A stretch of DNA of 64,000 nt from Candidatus Bathyarchaeota archaeon (GCA_963715865.1 OY970280.1:2016001-2080000), one strand, 5' to 3'; counted from the first letter of the stretch, positions 18,528 to 29,040 are shown. Numbers and translations: made by a program. The notes: a model not told the origin generated them from the letters alone.

Positions 18528-19688
18528 TTAGAAGGCGCTGGCGATTCTGTTGCAGGCTTCAATTATGCGTTCTTTCGGCTGCGTAAACGTTATCCTAGCG
18601 TAGCCTTCTCCATACTTGCCAAAGCCGATGCCCGGCGTCACTGCCACGCCAACGTCAAGCAGTTTTGTGGCAAACTGCATTGAATCGCCTTTGCAGTTTA
18701 CCCACACGTAAAACGTTGCTTTCGGCTTCTCGCATTTGTAGCCGATTTTGCAGAGGGTTTCAACCAGTAGGTCGCGGCGTTCCTTTAGGATTTGATTGTT
18801 TTTCTTTAGGAATTCTGGCGGTTCATTGCTTGTGTAGGCTGCTAAGGCTTTGACGGCTACTTTCTGCGTGTAAACTGGCGGTCCCGAATCAATTTGCGAC
18901 TTGACTTTGGTTAATCCGCTGACGAGCTGCTTGTTTCCCACGGCGAAGGCAATGCGGTCGCCTGTCATGTTGAAGGTTTTTGATAGCGAGTGGAATTCGA
19001 TGGCAACATCCATGGCGCCGTCAACCTCCAGAATGCTGGGAGCGCGGTAGCCGTCGTAGGTGACTTCTGAGTAGGCGTTGTCATAGCAGAGGATTATGTT
19101 GTTGTCTTTGGCGAAATCTACTGCTTGCTTGAGGAATTTTTTGTCGACTGTGGCTGCCGTTGGGTTATTGGGGTAATTAAGAAACATCATTTTCGCATTC
19201 TTGGCGTTTACCGCTTCAAAATCTGGCTTGAAATTGTTTTCCTCAAGTAGCGGCATCGGTACTGCTGTGCCGTCGTTTAGTATTGTGCTGCCATTGGTGT
19301 ATACTGGGTAAGCAGGGTCAGGAACGAGAACTCTGTCGCCGGGATTGATGAAGGCACGGGCGATGTTTGCTATGCCTTCTTTAGAGCCTAAAAGCGCAAT
19401 CACCTGGTCTTGCTGCAGCTCAATATTGAATCGTTTCCTATACCAATCGGCAACCGCTTCTCTGAAGTCTGGTTCGCCTTGGCTGAAAGAATAATTATGA
19501 TTCTTTAGGTTTGCTACTTCTTCTTTGAGTGCTTCTATGACAAATGGTGGCGGTGGAAGGTCTGGGTCACCGATGCTCAATGAAATCAAATCGATGCCTT
19601 GCGCCTTCTTTTCCTTAATGATTCGCTCAATTTCAGCGAACAGGTATGGTGGCAACCGTTTTATCCTGTCAGCAAATTCATACGTCAT
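18528..19688 (-). CDS. dapL: LL-diaminopimelate aminotransferase
   Basis: Class I PLP enzyme (IGDPD, NYPNNPT, YDNAY, SLSKTFNMTGDRI) at the end of the DAP operon. Confidence 0.85.
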   Translation of the reverse strand: MTYEFADRIKRLPPYLFAEIERIIKEKKAQGIDLISLSIGDPDLPPPPFVIEALKEEVANLKNHNYSFSQGEPDFREAVADWYRKRFNIELQQDQVIALLGSKEGIANIARAFINPGDRVLVPDPAYPVYTNGSTILNDGTAVPMPLLEENNFKPDFEAVNAKNAKMMFLNYPNNPTAATVDKKFLKQAVDFAKDNNIILCYDNAYSEVTYDGYRAPSILEVDGAMDVAIEFHSLSKTFNMTGDRIAFAVGNKQLVSGLTKVKSQIDSGPPVYTQKVAVKALAAYTSNEPPEFLKKNNQILKERRDLLVETLCKIGYKCEKPKATFYVWVNCKGDSMQFATKLLDVGVAVTPGIGFGKYGEGYARITFTQPKERIIEACNRIASAF

Positions 19689-19690
19689 GT

Positions 19691-20533
19691 TTATACCTCT
19701 TTGAATAGCGTTCCCTCAAAAACTTTTTCAGCTGCCCCACTCAAAAACAAGCTTTTAGCCACTTCCACTTGCAAATCGCCGCCCAACACGTGAACAGTAA
19801 CCTTGTTTCCAACTTTTCCAAGCTTGTTTGCAGCAGCGACAGCCGCGCAGGTTCCTGTGCCGCACGCTAAGGTTTCGCCGCAGCCCCTTTCCCAAACACG
19901 GACTTTCAACTCGTTGCAATTTAGGACTTGAACGAAACCGACATTGGTTCTTTTCGGAAAAGCCTTGTGGTTCTCAATTTTTGGACCGATTTGCTCAACT
20001 GGAAAATCGTCGACTTTTCCAACGAATATTACGCAGTGTGGATTGCCTATTGAAAGGCACGTTACCTTGAAGGGTTCACCATCGACTTCTAAGTTCTCGT
20101 TGATGTATGTGCCTTGCCCGACCATGGGAAGGGAGCTTCTTTCCCAGTTTGGCGCTCCCATGTCCACCTTGACAGTGGTGACTTCTTTATCATTAAGGGT
20201 TAACCAGACGTGTTTTATGCCTGAAAGTGTTTCGACTGTGAACTCTTGCTTCGGGGCAATGCCATTTTCATAGCAGTACTTGGCAAAGCACCGTATGCCG
20301 TTGCCACACATTTCTGCTTCGCTACCGTCAGCGTTGAAAATCCGCATCTTAACATTTGCAATAGTTGAATTAGAAACGAGCAAAAGCCCATCTGCACCAA
20401 CCGAGAAGCGCCTTTCACAAAGCCTCTTAGCTAATTCTGCAGCTTGATTACCGCTAATTTTCTCGTCCCTGTTGTCGATTACGATGTAGTCGTTGCCTAA
20501 ACCGTGCATCTTCCAGAAACGCATCAAAGTCAC
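19691..20533 (-). CDS. dapF: Diaminopimelate epimerase
   Basis: KMHGLGNDY, EMCGNGIRC, GNPHCV and ERGCGETLACGTG motifs. Confidence 0.97.
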   Translation of the reverse strand: MTLMRFWKMHGLGNDYIVIDNRDEKISGNQAAELAKRLCERRFSVGADGLLLVSNSTIANVKMRIFNADGSEAEMCGNGIRCFAKYCYENGIAPKQEFTVETLSGIKHVWLTLNDKEVTTVKVDMGAPNWERSSLPMVGQGTYINENLEVDGEPFKVTCLSIGNPHCVIFVGKVDDFPVEQIGPKIENHKAFPKRTNVGFVQVLNCNELKVRVWERGCGETLACGTGTCAAVAAANKLGKVGNKVTVHVLGGDLQVEVAKSLFLSGAAEKVFEGTLFKEV

Positions 20534-21813
20534 TCTGCCATCCGCTGACTAGACATCAAATCATCAAGCTGCTCTCGTTCCCTAACCAGCACTGGCTTGC
20601 CTTGCCTAATCATGACTTCTGCAGCTCGTGGCCTTGCGTTGTACTGCGAGCTCATGCTGAAGCCGTATGCGCCAGCGTTCAAAACCGCCAGCAAATCACC
20701 TTCCGCAACCAGCGGCAAGGCTCGGTCTTTGGCTAAGGCGTCGCCTGACTCGCAAATTGGACCCACCACATCATAAGTTTCCTTATCCGCCGCTCCAAGT
20801 TTGTTGGCGACTAGTACGGGATGGTAGGAGCCGTACATCGTTGGTCTCACTAGAGTGTTGAAGCCTGCGTCCACGCCCACGAATTTTTTTGAAGGCGTAA
20901 CCTTGACAGTGTTAACGGTTGTTAGGAGGATGCTAGCGTCGCAGACTAAGTATCTGCCCGGTTCAACGCATAAAAATGGTTTGCCAAGACCGTACTCTGT
21001 AATCTTACCCTTGAACGGTGCTACCACTTTCGAGGTGAAGGCTGCTAAATCGAATTCTTGGTCCTCTGGCTTGTAAGGAACCCCGAATCCGCCGCCGATG
21101 TCGATGAATTCGAATTCTATTCCTACTTCGTCATGGACCCGCTTAGCTATACTCAATAGTTTTTCCACTGCCAAAACGTAGGGTTCTATGTCAAGAATAC
21201 CTGAGCCAATGTGCATGTGAATGCCGAAGCGTTCGACTCTTGCCTTCTTAGCAGTCGCATAAGCCTTTAGCGCGTCTTCTTCCAGTAAACCGAACTTTGA
21301 GTCTGGACCCGCCGTTATGCAGTGGCTGTGATGACCTGCACCGATTTCTGGATTAACACGCACCGACAAAACCGGCGGAACAGCAATCTTTAGTAGCCTA
21401 TCTAACTCCGATTGCGAATCCACATTCACAGTGACGTTAGCGTCAGCTAGAACTTTCAACTCGTCATTCCGGACGCTGGTTCCAGTGAATAGCATGCGGT
21501 CTGGCGTGTATCCGCTGACTAAGCCCATGAACACTTCGCCCGGGCTGACGGTGTCTAAGTATGCACCTTCTGACTCGAGAATTTTTAGTACTGTGAGGTT
21601 GAAGTTGGCTTTGACAGCGTAATATACGCGTACGTACTTGTAGTTGCGGATTAAGGCACCATGAAGCCGATTATAATTATCTCTAATGCGCTTCTCGCTT
21701 ACTACGTACAAGGGCGTATCGTATTTTTCAGCTAACTCCTTAACCGAAGAGCCATCGAAGAACAAGTTGCCTTTCCGGTCTTCTAAGGGTTCACGAAGCT
21801 TTCTTTTAACCAT
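20530..21813 (-). CDS. lysA: Diaminopimelate decarboxylase
   Basis: YAVKAN, HMHIGS, DIGGGFG, EPGRYL, GPICESGD and GAYGFSMSSQYN motifs. Confidence 0.96.
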   Translation of the reverse strand: MVKRKLREPLEDRKGNLFFDGSSVKELAEKYDTPLYVVSEKRIRDNYNRLHGALIRNYKYVRVYYAVKANFNLTVLKILESEGAYLDTVSPGEVFMGLVSGYTPDRMLFTGTSVRNDELKVLADANVTVNVDSQSELDRLLKIAVPPVLSVRVNPEIGAGHHSHCITAGPDSKFGLLEEDALKAYATAKKARVERFGIHMHIGSGILDIEPYVLAVEKLLSIAKRVHDEVGIEFEFIDIGGGFGVPYKPEDQEFDLAAFTSKVVAPFKGKITEYGLGKPFLCVEPGRYLVCDASILLTTVNTVKVTPSKKFVGVDAGFNTLVRPTMYGSYHPVLVANKLGAADKETYDVVGPICESGDALAKDRALPLVAEGDLLAVLNAGAYGFSMSSQYNARPRAAEVMIRQGKPVLVREREQLDDLMSSQRMAE

Positions 21814-21853
21814 CAGTTACACACGTCTCAATGTGGTATTATTTGAGCGGTAG

Positions 21854-22912
21854 TTAAGCTAAGCCTTTAGCTACTAAGAGTTCAGCGCTGAGAATGCCTG
21901 CACCTGCGCCACCACGAACCGTATTGTGTCCTAAGCATATGTACTTGAAAGTCATAATTGGATCCTTGCGGATTCTGCCAACTACAACGCTCATGCCACA
22001 GCCTGTATCGCGGTCAAAGCGTGGCTGAGGCCTATTCTGCTCTTTGCGAACTACGATTGGTTGCTCGGGCGCGGAAGGCAACTTGAGCTTCTGCGGTTCA
22101 CCCTTAAACTTAGCGAACGCAGCTTCAATCTCTTCTACCGATGGGTCCTCTTGTAGCTTGATGAAGACTGATTCTAAATGCCCGTCTTTCACGTTGACTC
22201 GGTTGCAGCTTGCGCTAAGCTTGAAATCAGCGTTCTTCACTACCTTGCCATCAAAGTTGCCTAGAATCTTTAGTGCTTCGGCTTCCATTTTTTCTTCTTC
22301 CTTAGCAATGTAAGGAACTACATTATCAATTATATCGAGCGAAGACACGCCTGGGTAGCCAGCACCACTTAATGCTTGCATGGTGGTAACTATAACATTC
22401 CTGAGCCCAAACTGCATCAATGGCTTAAGCGTAATTGCAAGTTGAATAGTGCTACAGTTAGGATCTGTCGTTATGAAGCCTTTCCAGCCTCGTGCTTTTT
22501 GCTGAATCTTAATCAAATCAGCATGGTCAGGATTAATTTCTGGAATAAGCAATGGGACGTCGTTTTCCATTCTGTGAGCGCTTGCCTTACTGAACACTGG
22601 ATACAGGGCTGCAAATTCAGATTCAACAGCACCTGCCAAGTCGCCTGGAAGAGACGAAAACACCAAATCCACGTTGCCTGCCTTCTCCACTGACTCGACA
22701 TCGGCGTTTGCTACGGGCATCTCAGCAATTTCTTTGGGCAGGTTTGACTCCGTAACCCAGTTGCAAGCATCCTTGAATTTTTTGCCTGCTGACCGCTCTG
22801 AAGCAGCAAGCACCTCAATTTGGAACCATGGGTGCCCTTGTAAGAGTTGAATGAACCGTTGCCCAACGGCTCCCGTTGCGCCTAATATGGCAACTTTACG
22901 CTTAAGCGACAT
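21854..22912 (-). CDS. asd: Aspartate-semialdehyde dehydrogenase
   Basis: GATGAVGQRF, PNCST, MQALSGAG and HNTVRGGAG motifs. Confidence 0.96.
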   Translation of the reverse strand: MSLKRKVAILGATGAVGQRFIQLLQGHPWFQIEVLAASERSAGKKFKDACNWVTESNLPKEIAEMPVANADVESVEKAGNVDLVFSSLPGDLAGAVESEFAALYPVFSKASAHRMENDVPLLIPEINPDHADLIKIQQKARGWKGFITTDPNCSTIQLAITLKPLMQFGLRNVIVTTMQALSGAGYPGVSSLDIIDNVVPYIAKEEEKMEAEALKILGNFDGKVVKNADFKLSASCNRVNVKDGHLESVFIKLQEDPSVEEIEAAFAKFKGEPQKLKLPSAPEQPIVVRKEQNRPQPRFDRDTGCGMSVVVGRIRKDPIMTFKYICLGHNTVRGGAGAGILSAELLVAKGLA

Positions 22913-24083
22913 TTTCTATTGCTTCCTTTGCTCTTTTGATTTGGCTTTCCTCGATAAAAACATTAATGGTCGCCTTACTCGTTGTAACCTCAATTATATT
23001 AATTCCAGCTTGGCTTAAGGCACTGGAGATTTTTGCTATGCCACCAGGCGAATCAATGAAGATAGGATGGCTAATTTGGATCATGACAACGTTCTCCCTA
23101 TGAGTTATCGCCTTGAAGTCTTTTATGCCATGAAGTTGGTTTAGGACTTGAGCAACGTTGCCGTCTTCAGTGAAGATTGTAACTGATTTTTTTCCAGAGC
23201 TGACTCCGTAAACTGGTTTTTTGCTAAGCACTGAGAAGATGTCTCTAATGTTTTCTGCGTTAACGTCACAAACAACGCTTATGGCAATTAAGCCTTCCTT
23301 TGTTAAGGTTTCAGCGGAATTCAGGTTGAAAGACCCTGTGATTTCTGTGCCTCTGCCGGCAAGGTTGCCTGAGGCAAAGTTTACTATTCTGAGGACTTGG
23401 TTTGGTAGTTTATATTTAAGGGCTTCAGGTTTCACGATTTTTGCTCCGCCTTGTGCCAAATCGAACATTTCGTGAATTTCCAACTTATTGAGTAGTCTTG
23501 CGTCTGGAACTATTTTTGGGTCTGCTGAGAGTACTCCGCTTGTCTCCTTTACCAGAATGATTTCATCTGCAGATATGCACTTGGCTAGTAATAGCGCTGT
23601 CGTATCGCTTCCGCCTCTTCCCAGAGTGGTGACTCTACCCTGCGAGTCCTTTCCAAGGAAACCACATACAACTGGAATAGCGGTACCTAGTAGGGGTTTA
23701 ATGTACTGCTCGGTTAAAGATGCAGTTTTTTCCAAATTAGGTTTAGCATGGAGAAAGTTTGAGTCCGTTATGATAGGCCAGTTCTCGTATGCTGGGTCGA
23801 ATAGTTCAGCGTATAAGCCTCGGGCTCTCAGGGCTGCACAGAAGATTCGGGCACTTGTTCGTTCACCTGCAGATATTATCTCTGCCCATTCAGCGTCAGG
23901 AACGCCTATTTGAGTAACCGTTTGAATTAGGGTATCGGTCATTTTGCCCATAGCTGAAACTACAACAACAATTTCCTTAAAAGGCGCCTCTGCTATAAGC
24001 TGGGCTGCCTGTTGGATTTTCTCACCTGACGATAAGTCAGCGCCTCCGAACTTGATAACAACTCTAACAGCCAAGATGTTCAC
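22902..24083 (-). CDS. lysC: Aspartate kinase
   Basis: VIKFGG, VVVSAMG, TLGRGGSDTTA motifs and C-terminal ACT domains. Confidence 0.93.
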   Translation of the reverse strand: MNILAVRVVIKFGGADLSSGEKIQQAAQLIAEAPFKEIVVVVSAMGKMTDTLIQTVTQIGVPDAEWAEIISAGERTSARIFCAALRARGLYAELFDPAYENWPIITDSNFLHAKPNLEKTASLTEQYIKPLLGTAIPVVCGFLGKDSQGRVTTLGRGGSDTTALLLAKCISADEIILVKETSGVLSADPKIVPDARLLNKLEIHEMFDLAQGGAKIVKPEALKYKLPNQVLRIVNFASGNLAGRGTEITGSFNLNSAETLTKEGLIAISVVCDVNAENIRDIFSVLSKKPVYGVSSGKKSVTIFTEDGNVAQVLNQLHGIKDFKAITHRENVVMIQISHPIFIDSPGGIAKISSALSQAGINIIEVTTSKATINVFIEESQIKRAKEAIENVA

Positions 24084-24085
24084 CG

Positions 24086-24880
24086 TTAAGATAAGCCTAG
24101 AACGTCGGCCATACTGAACACTTTAGGCTCGTTTTGCTTGCTTAACCATTCAGCCGCGTAAACAGCGCCCTGAGCAAAAACGTTGCGTGAGAACGCCGTG
24201 TGTTCTATGCGTAGCATCTCGTATGGTCCAGCAACGATTAGGTCGTGGATTCCCGGAACGCCTCCGGCTCTCAAAGCTGTGATTTCAAGTTCTTCAGGCT
24301 GCCGTGGACTTATGCCTTCTCGTCCGGAAACGATTTTCGTGTAACCACGTGTGTTAGCAATAATTTCACCTAGCTTTTTAGCGGTACCGCTTGGAGCATC
24401 CTTCTTGCCAGTATGATGGATTTCACTTATGCTGAAATTGTATTCCTTCGGAAACGCTTGCAATGCTTCTGCCAGCTTGAACAGTATGTTGACGCCTACT
24501 GAGTAGTTTGGTGAGAACACGGCTGGAACTTTGCCTGACATGGCGTTTACGACTTGGCGGTTTTGCTCTGGAGTGAAGCCTGTGGTGCCTAAGATAATGC
24601 GTTTTCCAAGGTTAGCGACGAGGGGTATGTTAACTACTTCGGCAGTTGGCATTGTGAAACTAACGTAAACATCTGCGTCGTGGACAGCTTCGTTTATTCT
24701 GTCGGAGCTAAGAATTTGCGTTTCCGAATTGCTGATGCCAAGTTCTCGCAGGGTTTTGCCTATGCAAGGATTATTTGGAGCCTCTATTGCGCCGACTATC
24801 TGATGCCCTTTTGATGTGGCTTCAGTGATAACAGCGTTGCCCATTCTGCCTGAAGCGCCTGCTACACACAGCTTAAGCAT
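24086..24880 (-). CDS. dapB: 4-hydroxy-tetrahydrodipicolinate reductase
   Basis: GASGRMG, GTTG, PNYSVG and EIHHTGKKDAPSGTA motifs. Confidence 0.96.
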   Translation of the reverse strand: MLKLCVAGASGRMGNAVITEATSKGHQIVGAIEAPNNPCIGKTLRELGISNSETQILSSDRINEAVHDADVYVSFTMPTAEVVNIPLVANLGKRIILGTTGFTPEQNRQVVNAMSGKVPAVFSPNYSVGVNILFKLAEALQAFPKEYNFSISEIHHTGKKDAPSGTAKKLGEIIANTRGYTKIVSGREGISPRQPEELEITALRAGGVPGIHDLIVAGPYEMLRIEHTAFSRNVFAQGAVYAAEWLSKQNEPKVFSMADVLGLS

Positions 24881-25910
24881 AGAAGAGCCCCTCCAAGTAC
24901 TTCGCGTTGTATAATCGTTCCTTTAAATCAACGTTGAAGTAGTCTGCTATGGGCTGAAGGATTTCAGGATGGTTCTCGTATACTTTTCTGGCGTTTGCAA
25001 GGACTACTTCTAAGCCGTTGCGAGTCATTTTTCCCAAGGGTTGCCTGCTTGGACCAGACGGTATGCCTAACACGTTCATCAACGTCTTGTAAGCCAAGGG
25101 GTTGCGGGCTTTGCATGTTACTGCACCGTACGGTGTTTGTTCTTGTGTTTTAACGGTGACTATGCTGAATAGCGGTTGCAATGCTTGGGCGATTCTGCTG
25201 GCTTCTTCTTCGTTACCGTCTAGAATGTAGTGTGTCATGTCGGCTACTGCGCGGGGTGCAATGTTGGATGTAACTGAGATTACGCCGCTTGCGTTAATAT
25301 CTGGCGAAGTCATCATAGCAAAAGTTTTGTCATCATCACCCGAGAGGATGTCAAAGTCTTCGCCGCAGAGCCGGCGGGTTAACTTCATGTTTTCCAAATC
25401 ACCAGTGGCTTCCTTTACGCAGCGGACGTTTGGGTATTGCTGGTGAAGGATTGCGAGGTCTTGTGGGTAAAGTTGGGTTCCTGTTCTGCCTGGGATAATG
25501 TATGGGATTACTTGGATTTCAGGGAACTGCTGTGCGATTGGTTCGATGTATTCACGGCGTATTTCTAGTGAGCTTGGCCCGTTGTAGTATGGGTCTACGA
25601 GCAGAACGCATTTTACACCTATGTGCTGGGCGTGTTCTGTGCCTTCGATGGCTTCTTGAGTTGAGTTGCTTCCTGTTCCAGCTATGGTTAAGCATCTTCC
25701 GCCTGCCCATTCATGTGTTCTCTCGATTACCTTGTTGTGTTCATTCCAGTCTACGGTGGGGCTTTCACCGGTTGTGCCGACGGCGAGTATGCCTTTTACG
25801 CCTTCTTTTATTTGGAAATCTACTAGTTGACGTAAACCTTCGTAATCTACTTCGCGATTACGGGTCATGGGGGTTATTAGTGCAGTGTAACAACCACTGA
25901 ATGTTACCAT
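24873..25910 (-). CDS. dapA: 4-hydroxy-tetrahydrodipicolinate synthase
   Basis: TALITP, GTTGESP, PYYN, YIIPGRT, KEATG and SGDD motifs. Confidence 0.95.
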   Translation of the reverse strand: MVTFSGCYTALITPMTRNREVDYEGLRQLVDFQIKEGVKGILAVGTTGESPTVDWNEHNKVIERTHEWAGGRCLTIAGTGSNSTQEAIEGTEHAQHIGVKCVLLVDPYYNGPSSLEIRREYIEPIAQQFPEIQVIPYIIPGRTGTQLYPQDLAILHQQYPNVRCVKEATGDLENMKLTRRLCGEDFDILSGDDDKTFAMMTSPDINASGVISVTSNIAPRAVADMTHYILDGNEEEASRIAQALQPLFSIVTVKTQEQTPYGAVTCKARNPLAYKTLMNVLGIPSGPSRQPLGKMTRNGLEVVLANARKVYENHPEILQPIADYFNVDLKERLYNAKYLEGLFYA

Positions 25911-25930
25911 TTTAGATTCCTCATTATAGG

Positions 25931-25960
25931 TAGTGAATAATCACTAGCATGATATTTAAG
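25931..25960 (-). promoter_or_regulatory. Lysine operon promoter: TATA box plus a palindromic candidate operator
   Basis: CTTAAATA on the minus strand at 25953-25960; TAGTGA-ATAA-TCACTA at 25931-25946. Confidence 0.5.
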
Positions 25961-26085
25961 CGTTACGTTTTACTTACTATTTTTACTAAAAACGAAATAT
26001 CCACTATATTAAGAGCCATTTTCAGTCAATAGTTTAACATTTTTAGTAAAGCTAACGCTAAAAAACTAAGTCCATGCTTTACTCT

Positions 26086-26385
26086 TTAATGACGCAAATA
26101 ATAAGCAGTAAAAACGCCATCGTAGCCACCGTAAAGCCTACGCAAATAAGCAACAGCATCACCAAGAGTCATAGCAGAAGGAAGAACCAACCTGTAATTA
26201 TCCGACCGCACAACTTCCGTCAACCTTCCCGTTTCCTTCTTCACTATCTTCAGCCTCAAAACGTTTGGACCTGATTGAAAAACAGCAACCTCTCCACGAT
26301 GGGAGTTGCCTTTTCGGATATCAATTGTCTTTTTACCTATCTTTAAACATTCGAACATTTCTTTTTTTGTAAGTAAAAGGGGCAA
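26086..26385 (-). CDS. ASCH domain protein
   Basis: F..LKIGKKTIDIR...G....F....LRLKI pattern. Confidence 0.7.
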   Translation of the reverse strand: MPLLLTKKEMFECLKIGKKTIDIRKGNSHRGEVAVFQSGPNVLRLKIVKKETGRLTEVVRSDNYRLVLPSAMTLGDAVAYLRRLYGGYDGVFTAYYLRH

Positions 26386-26505
26386 GTTGGCACCTTAAAT
26401 TTAAGATAAAACGACTAAAAGATAAGTTTTCAGTAAAAAAGCGAATAACAAATTTAAGATAAATATGAAAAAATGGGTTGGAGATTGAGAAGGATTTCTT
26501 GTGGT

Positions 26506-26703
26506 TTAACCTTTGCCTTTCTCTTCTTTACCGAAGTATTTGGTCCACTTGAGTTTACGTGCGTCTCGTTTGAATTGTAAGGAGCTTTTCTTGCATTTGC
26601 CAGAATCGAACCATAAAATAGATCCGTCGTTTTTAACGTACATCATGCCTGTACCAGCTGGGAAATCAGCACCACAGAACGAACATTTTCTTGATTTTGG
26701 CAT
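26506..26703 (-). CDS. rpl24e: 50S ribosomal protein L24e
   Basis: CSFCG...GTGMMYVKNDG...KLKWT. Confidence 0.97.
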   Translation of the reverse strand: MPKSRKCSFCGADFPAGTGMMYVKNDGSILWFDSGKCKKSSLQFKRDARKLKWTKYFGKEEKGKG

Positions 26704-26723
26704 GACAGTTTCTCCTGATTGTT

Positions 26724-26942
26724 TTATCTTGTGATTTTCTTTGCTTCTCTTTCTGTTTCCCGCAGCATCAAAATATCTTGAACTCGAACTGGTCCTTTAA
26801 CGTTACGTGTTATGATTCTGCCTTTATCTTTGCCTTCCATGATGCGCACTCGGACCTGTGTAATTTCACCAGTGACGCCCGTGCGACCAATGATTTGGAT
26901 AACTTCTGACGGAATAAGTTCTTCAGTCGCTTCTTTACTCAT
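26724..26942 (-). CDS. rps28e: 30S ribosomal protein S28e
   Basis: [14 protein letters not shown]...RNVKGPVR...LRETEREA. Confidence 0.97.
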   Translation of the reverse strand: MSKEATEELIPSEVIQIIGRTGVTGEITQVRVRIMEGKDKGRIITRNVKGPVRVQDILMLRETEREAKKITR

Positions 26943-27322
26943 TACTGAGATCCTCGTTTAACCTGGTCAATCCGAGTGATGATTTCTTTGATTAATCCTG
27001 CGGCTTCTCCTTCCTTGAGAATGCATGCTGCCGCGCATGGAACGTCTATACCTATTGCGTTGCCTATTTTGTCTTTGTTTGGAACGAACACGTAGGGGAT
27101 TTTTCGTTCTTCACAGAGAAGAGGTAAATGCGCTACCACTTCTGGCGGATCAACATCTTCAGCTATTACAACAAGTTTTGCTTGAGATCGCTCAACAGCT
27201 TTTGTTGCTTCGTTTGTTCCTTTCCTAACTACTCCTGATTTAGAAGCAATCGTTAGGGCTTCATAGGCTGCATCTACGATTTCTTTTGGTACTTCATATT
27301 TTACATAGAATGGTTTGGACAT
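26942..27322 (-). CDS. rpl7ae: 50S ribosomal protein L7Ae
   Basis: [12 protein letters not shown]...IAEDVDP...HLPLLCEE. Confidence 0.97.
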   Translation of the reverse strand: MSKPFYVKYEVPKEIVDAAYEALTIASKSGVVRKGTNEATKAVERSQAKLVVIAEDVDPPEVVAHLPLLCEERKIPYVFVPNKDKIGNAIGIDVPCAAACILKEGEAAGLIKEIITRIDQVKRGSQ

Positions 27323-27362
27323 ATTAGCCTCACCCTTTTAAGGCACAGTCTTATCCACACTT

Positions 27363-27441
27363 CTTATTTAAGAAGCTTTCGACTCTAAAACGCCAGTCTA
27401 AACTTTCAGCTTTTAAAGCCCCTTAGAAAGCTTTAAATAAG
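27363..27441. promoter_or_regulatory. Divergent promoters for rpl7ae and gar1-tfb
   Basis: CTTAAATAAG on the minus strand at 27363-27372; GAAAGCTTTAAATAAG on the plus strand at 27426-27441. Confidence 0.5.
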
Positions 27442-27484
27442 CAACTACGGTCACCTACATGTTTTTCGAGAGGGGAATTGGCGT

Positions 27485-27733
27485 TTGCAAAAATTGGGCA
27501 GAGTGCGGGCGTTAACTCCGTCAAAAAACCTTATTGTAAAAGCCGAAAAAGCCCCTAAAATTGGCGCAGAAGTTGTTGACGAGAACCTAAAAATTATCGG
27601 CAAAATTTTTGACATTATAGGTCCAGTGTCCGCTCCTTATGCGGTGGTTAAACCAACCGTTAGTGAACCTGCTAAACTAGTGGATAAACCGGTGTACTTG
27701 CTTCTCTCGAAAACGAAATGGAGTAAAAAATGA
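27485..27733 (+). CDS. gar1: H/ACA RNP subunit Gar1/Naf1
   Basis: PKIG..VVD....IGKIFDIIGPV..PYAVVK; conserved position upstream of tfb. Confidence 0.88.
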   Translation: MQKLGRVRALTPSKNLIVKAEKAPKIGAEVVDENLKIIGKIFDIIGPVSAPYAVVKPTVSEPAKLVDKPVYLLLSKTKWSKK

Positions 27734-28702
27734 ATGAGTAGAGATAGCAAGCTACATGAAGAAATAGACCCATCTGCAAAAGCAGCAGAACCATCCAAAG
27801 TACAATCATGCCCTGAATGCGGCAGCACCCGAATTATGCGCGATTATGAATGCGCCGAAATAGTATGCATGGACTGCGGTTTCGTAGTAGCAGCCAAAAT
27901 AGCTGACCGAGGACCTGAATGGAGAGCCTTCGACGATGAGCAAAGGTCAAAAAGAACCAGAGTTGGAGCACCCTTAACATATACAATCCACGATAAAGGT
28001 TTATCAACAACCATTGATTGGCACGACCGAGACATTTATGGTAAAAGTCTCTCGCCCGGGCAGAAAGCGCAGGTTTATCGTCTTAGGAAATGGCAAAGGC
28101 GCATCAGAGTTTCAGACGCGACAGAACGGAACTTGGCATTCGCCCTTTCTGAAATCACCAAGATTTCTAATAATTTGAATCTTCCAAAAAACATTCTTGA
28201 AACAGCCTCAGTAATTTACCGAAAAGCAGTAAAAGAACGCCTAATCCGAGGCAGGTCAATTCAGGGTGTTACTTCAGCGGCGATTTACTTGGCATGCAGG
28301 CAATGCAGCTTACCTCGCACCTTAGACGAAATCGCTCAGTCGTCAACTGTAAACAAGAAAGAAGTTGGCAGAAGCTACCGTTTCCTAATCAGAGAATTAA
28401 ACTATTCCATTCCACCACTCAAACCAAGCCAATACATAACAAAGTTTTCTAACCAACTGACAATGCAAGGAAAAGTTGAAGAAATCGCCCACAAAATCTT
28501 GGCCGCAGCAAAAGAACTTAAACTCACGTCAGGCAGAGGACCGACTGGAATCGCGGCGGCAGCAAGTTACATAGCGTCTGTTTTAACGGGTGAAAGGAAA
28601 ACTCAGAGGGAAATCGCAGAGATTGCGCAGGTGACTGAGGTTACTATTCGGAATCGGTACAAAGAACTTGTTGAACGGTTGATGTTTCAAATAAGCATCT
28701 AA
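27734..28702 (+). CDS. tfb: Transcription initiation factor IIB
   Basis: CPECG zinc ribbon, GPEWRAF, cyclin repeats, [13 protein letters not shown]. Confidence 0.98.
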   Translation: MSRDSKLHEEIDPSAKAAEPSKVQSCPECGSTRIMRDYECAEIVCMDCGFVVAAKIADRGPEWRAFDDEQRSKRTRVGAPLTYTIHDKGLSTTIDWHDRDIYGKSLSPGQKAQVYRLRKWQRRIRVSDATERNLAFALSEITKISNNLNLPKNILETASVIYRKAVKERLIRGRSIQGVTSAAIYLACRQCSLPRTLDEIAQSSTVNKKEVGRSYRFLIRELNYSIPPLKPSQYITKFSNQLTMQGKVEEIAHKILAAAKELKLTSGRGPTGIAAAASYIASVLTGERKTQREIAEIAQVTEVTIRNRYKELVERLMFQISI

Positions 28703-28746
28703 TCAACCTTTTTTTATTTTTCGTTTTAAGCAAAGGGTTCAGGCAA

Positions 28747-29040
28747 ATGACTGATTCCAACACAAAAAACTCAGAAGCGCCAAAAATAGAAGAGTTAATT
28801 GGTAAACTTAAGGAAATACAGTTAGGGCTTAGACAAAATTTAGCCTATCTACAGCAGAAATTAGAAATACTTGATTCTAAGCCTGATTTGTTGAGTAGCC
28901 TGGAGAGTCTCAAGAAAGATGCAGAATCACGAGCCAGCGACCTTGAAGCGGAAGTAAAACAATTGCGAGAAGAGCTTAAATCCATTAAAGAGCTTTTAGG
29001 CTTGAACGTGGAAAGAAGTAATCCCGTGGATTCTCCGTAA
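28747..29040 (+). CDS. Hypothetical coiled-coil protein
   Basis: 97 aa with heptad-like L/E/K periodicity. Confidence 0.7.
   Translation: MTDSNTKNSEAPKIEELIGKLKEIQLGLRQNLAYLQQKLEILDSKPDLLSSLESLKKDAESRASDLEAEVKQLREELKSIKELLGLNVERSNPVDSP

Noticed and set aside
11376-25900. Many 60-140 aa ORFs antisense to rtcB, the M42 peptidase, mtd and the dap genes
   Set aside because: Shadow ORFs lying entirely opposite well-supported genes.
27323-27362. Kink-turn in the rpl7ae leader (known L7Ae autoregulation)
   Set aside because: Could not assemble a convincing C-stem plus tandem G-A pairs by eye.
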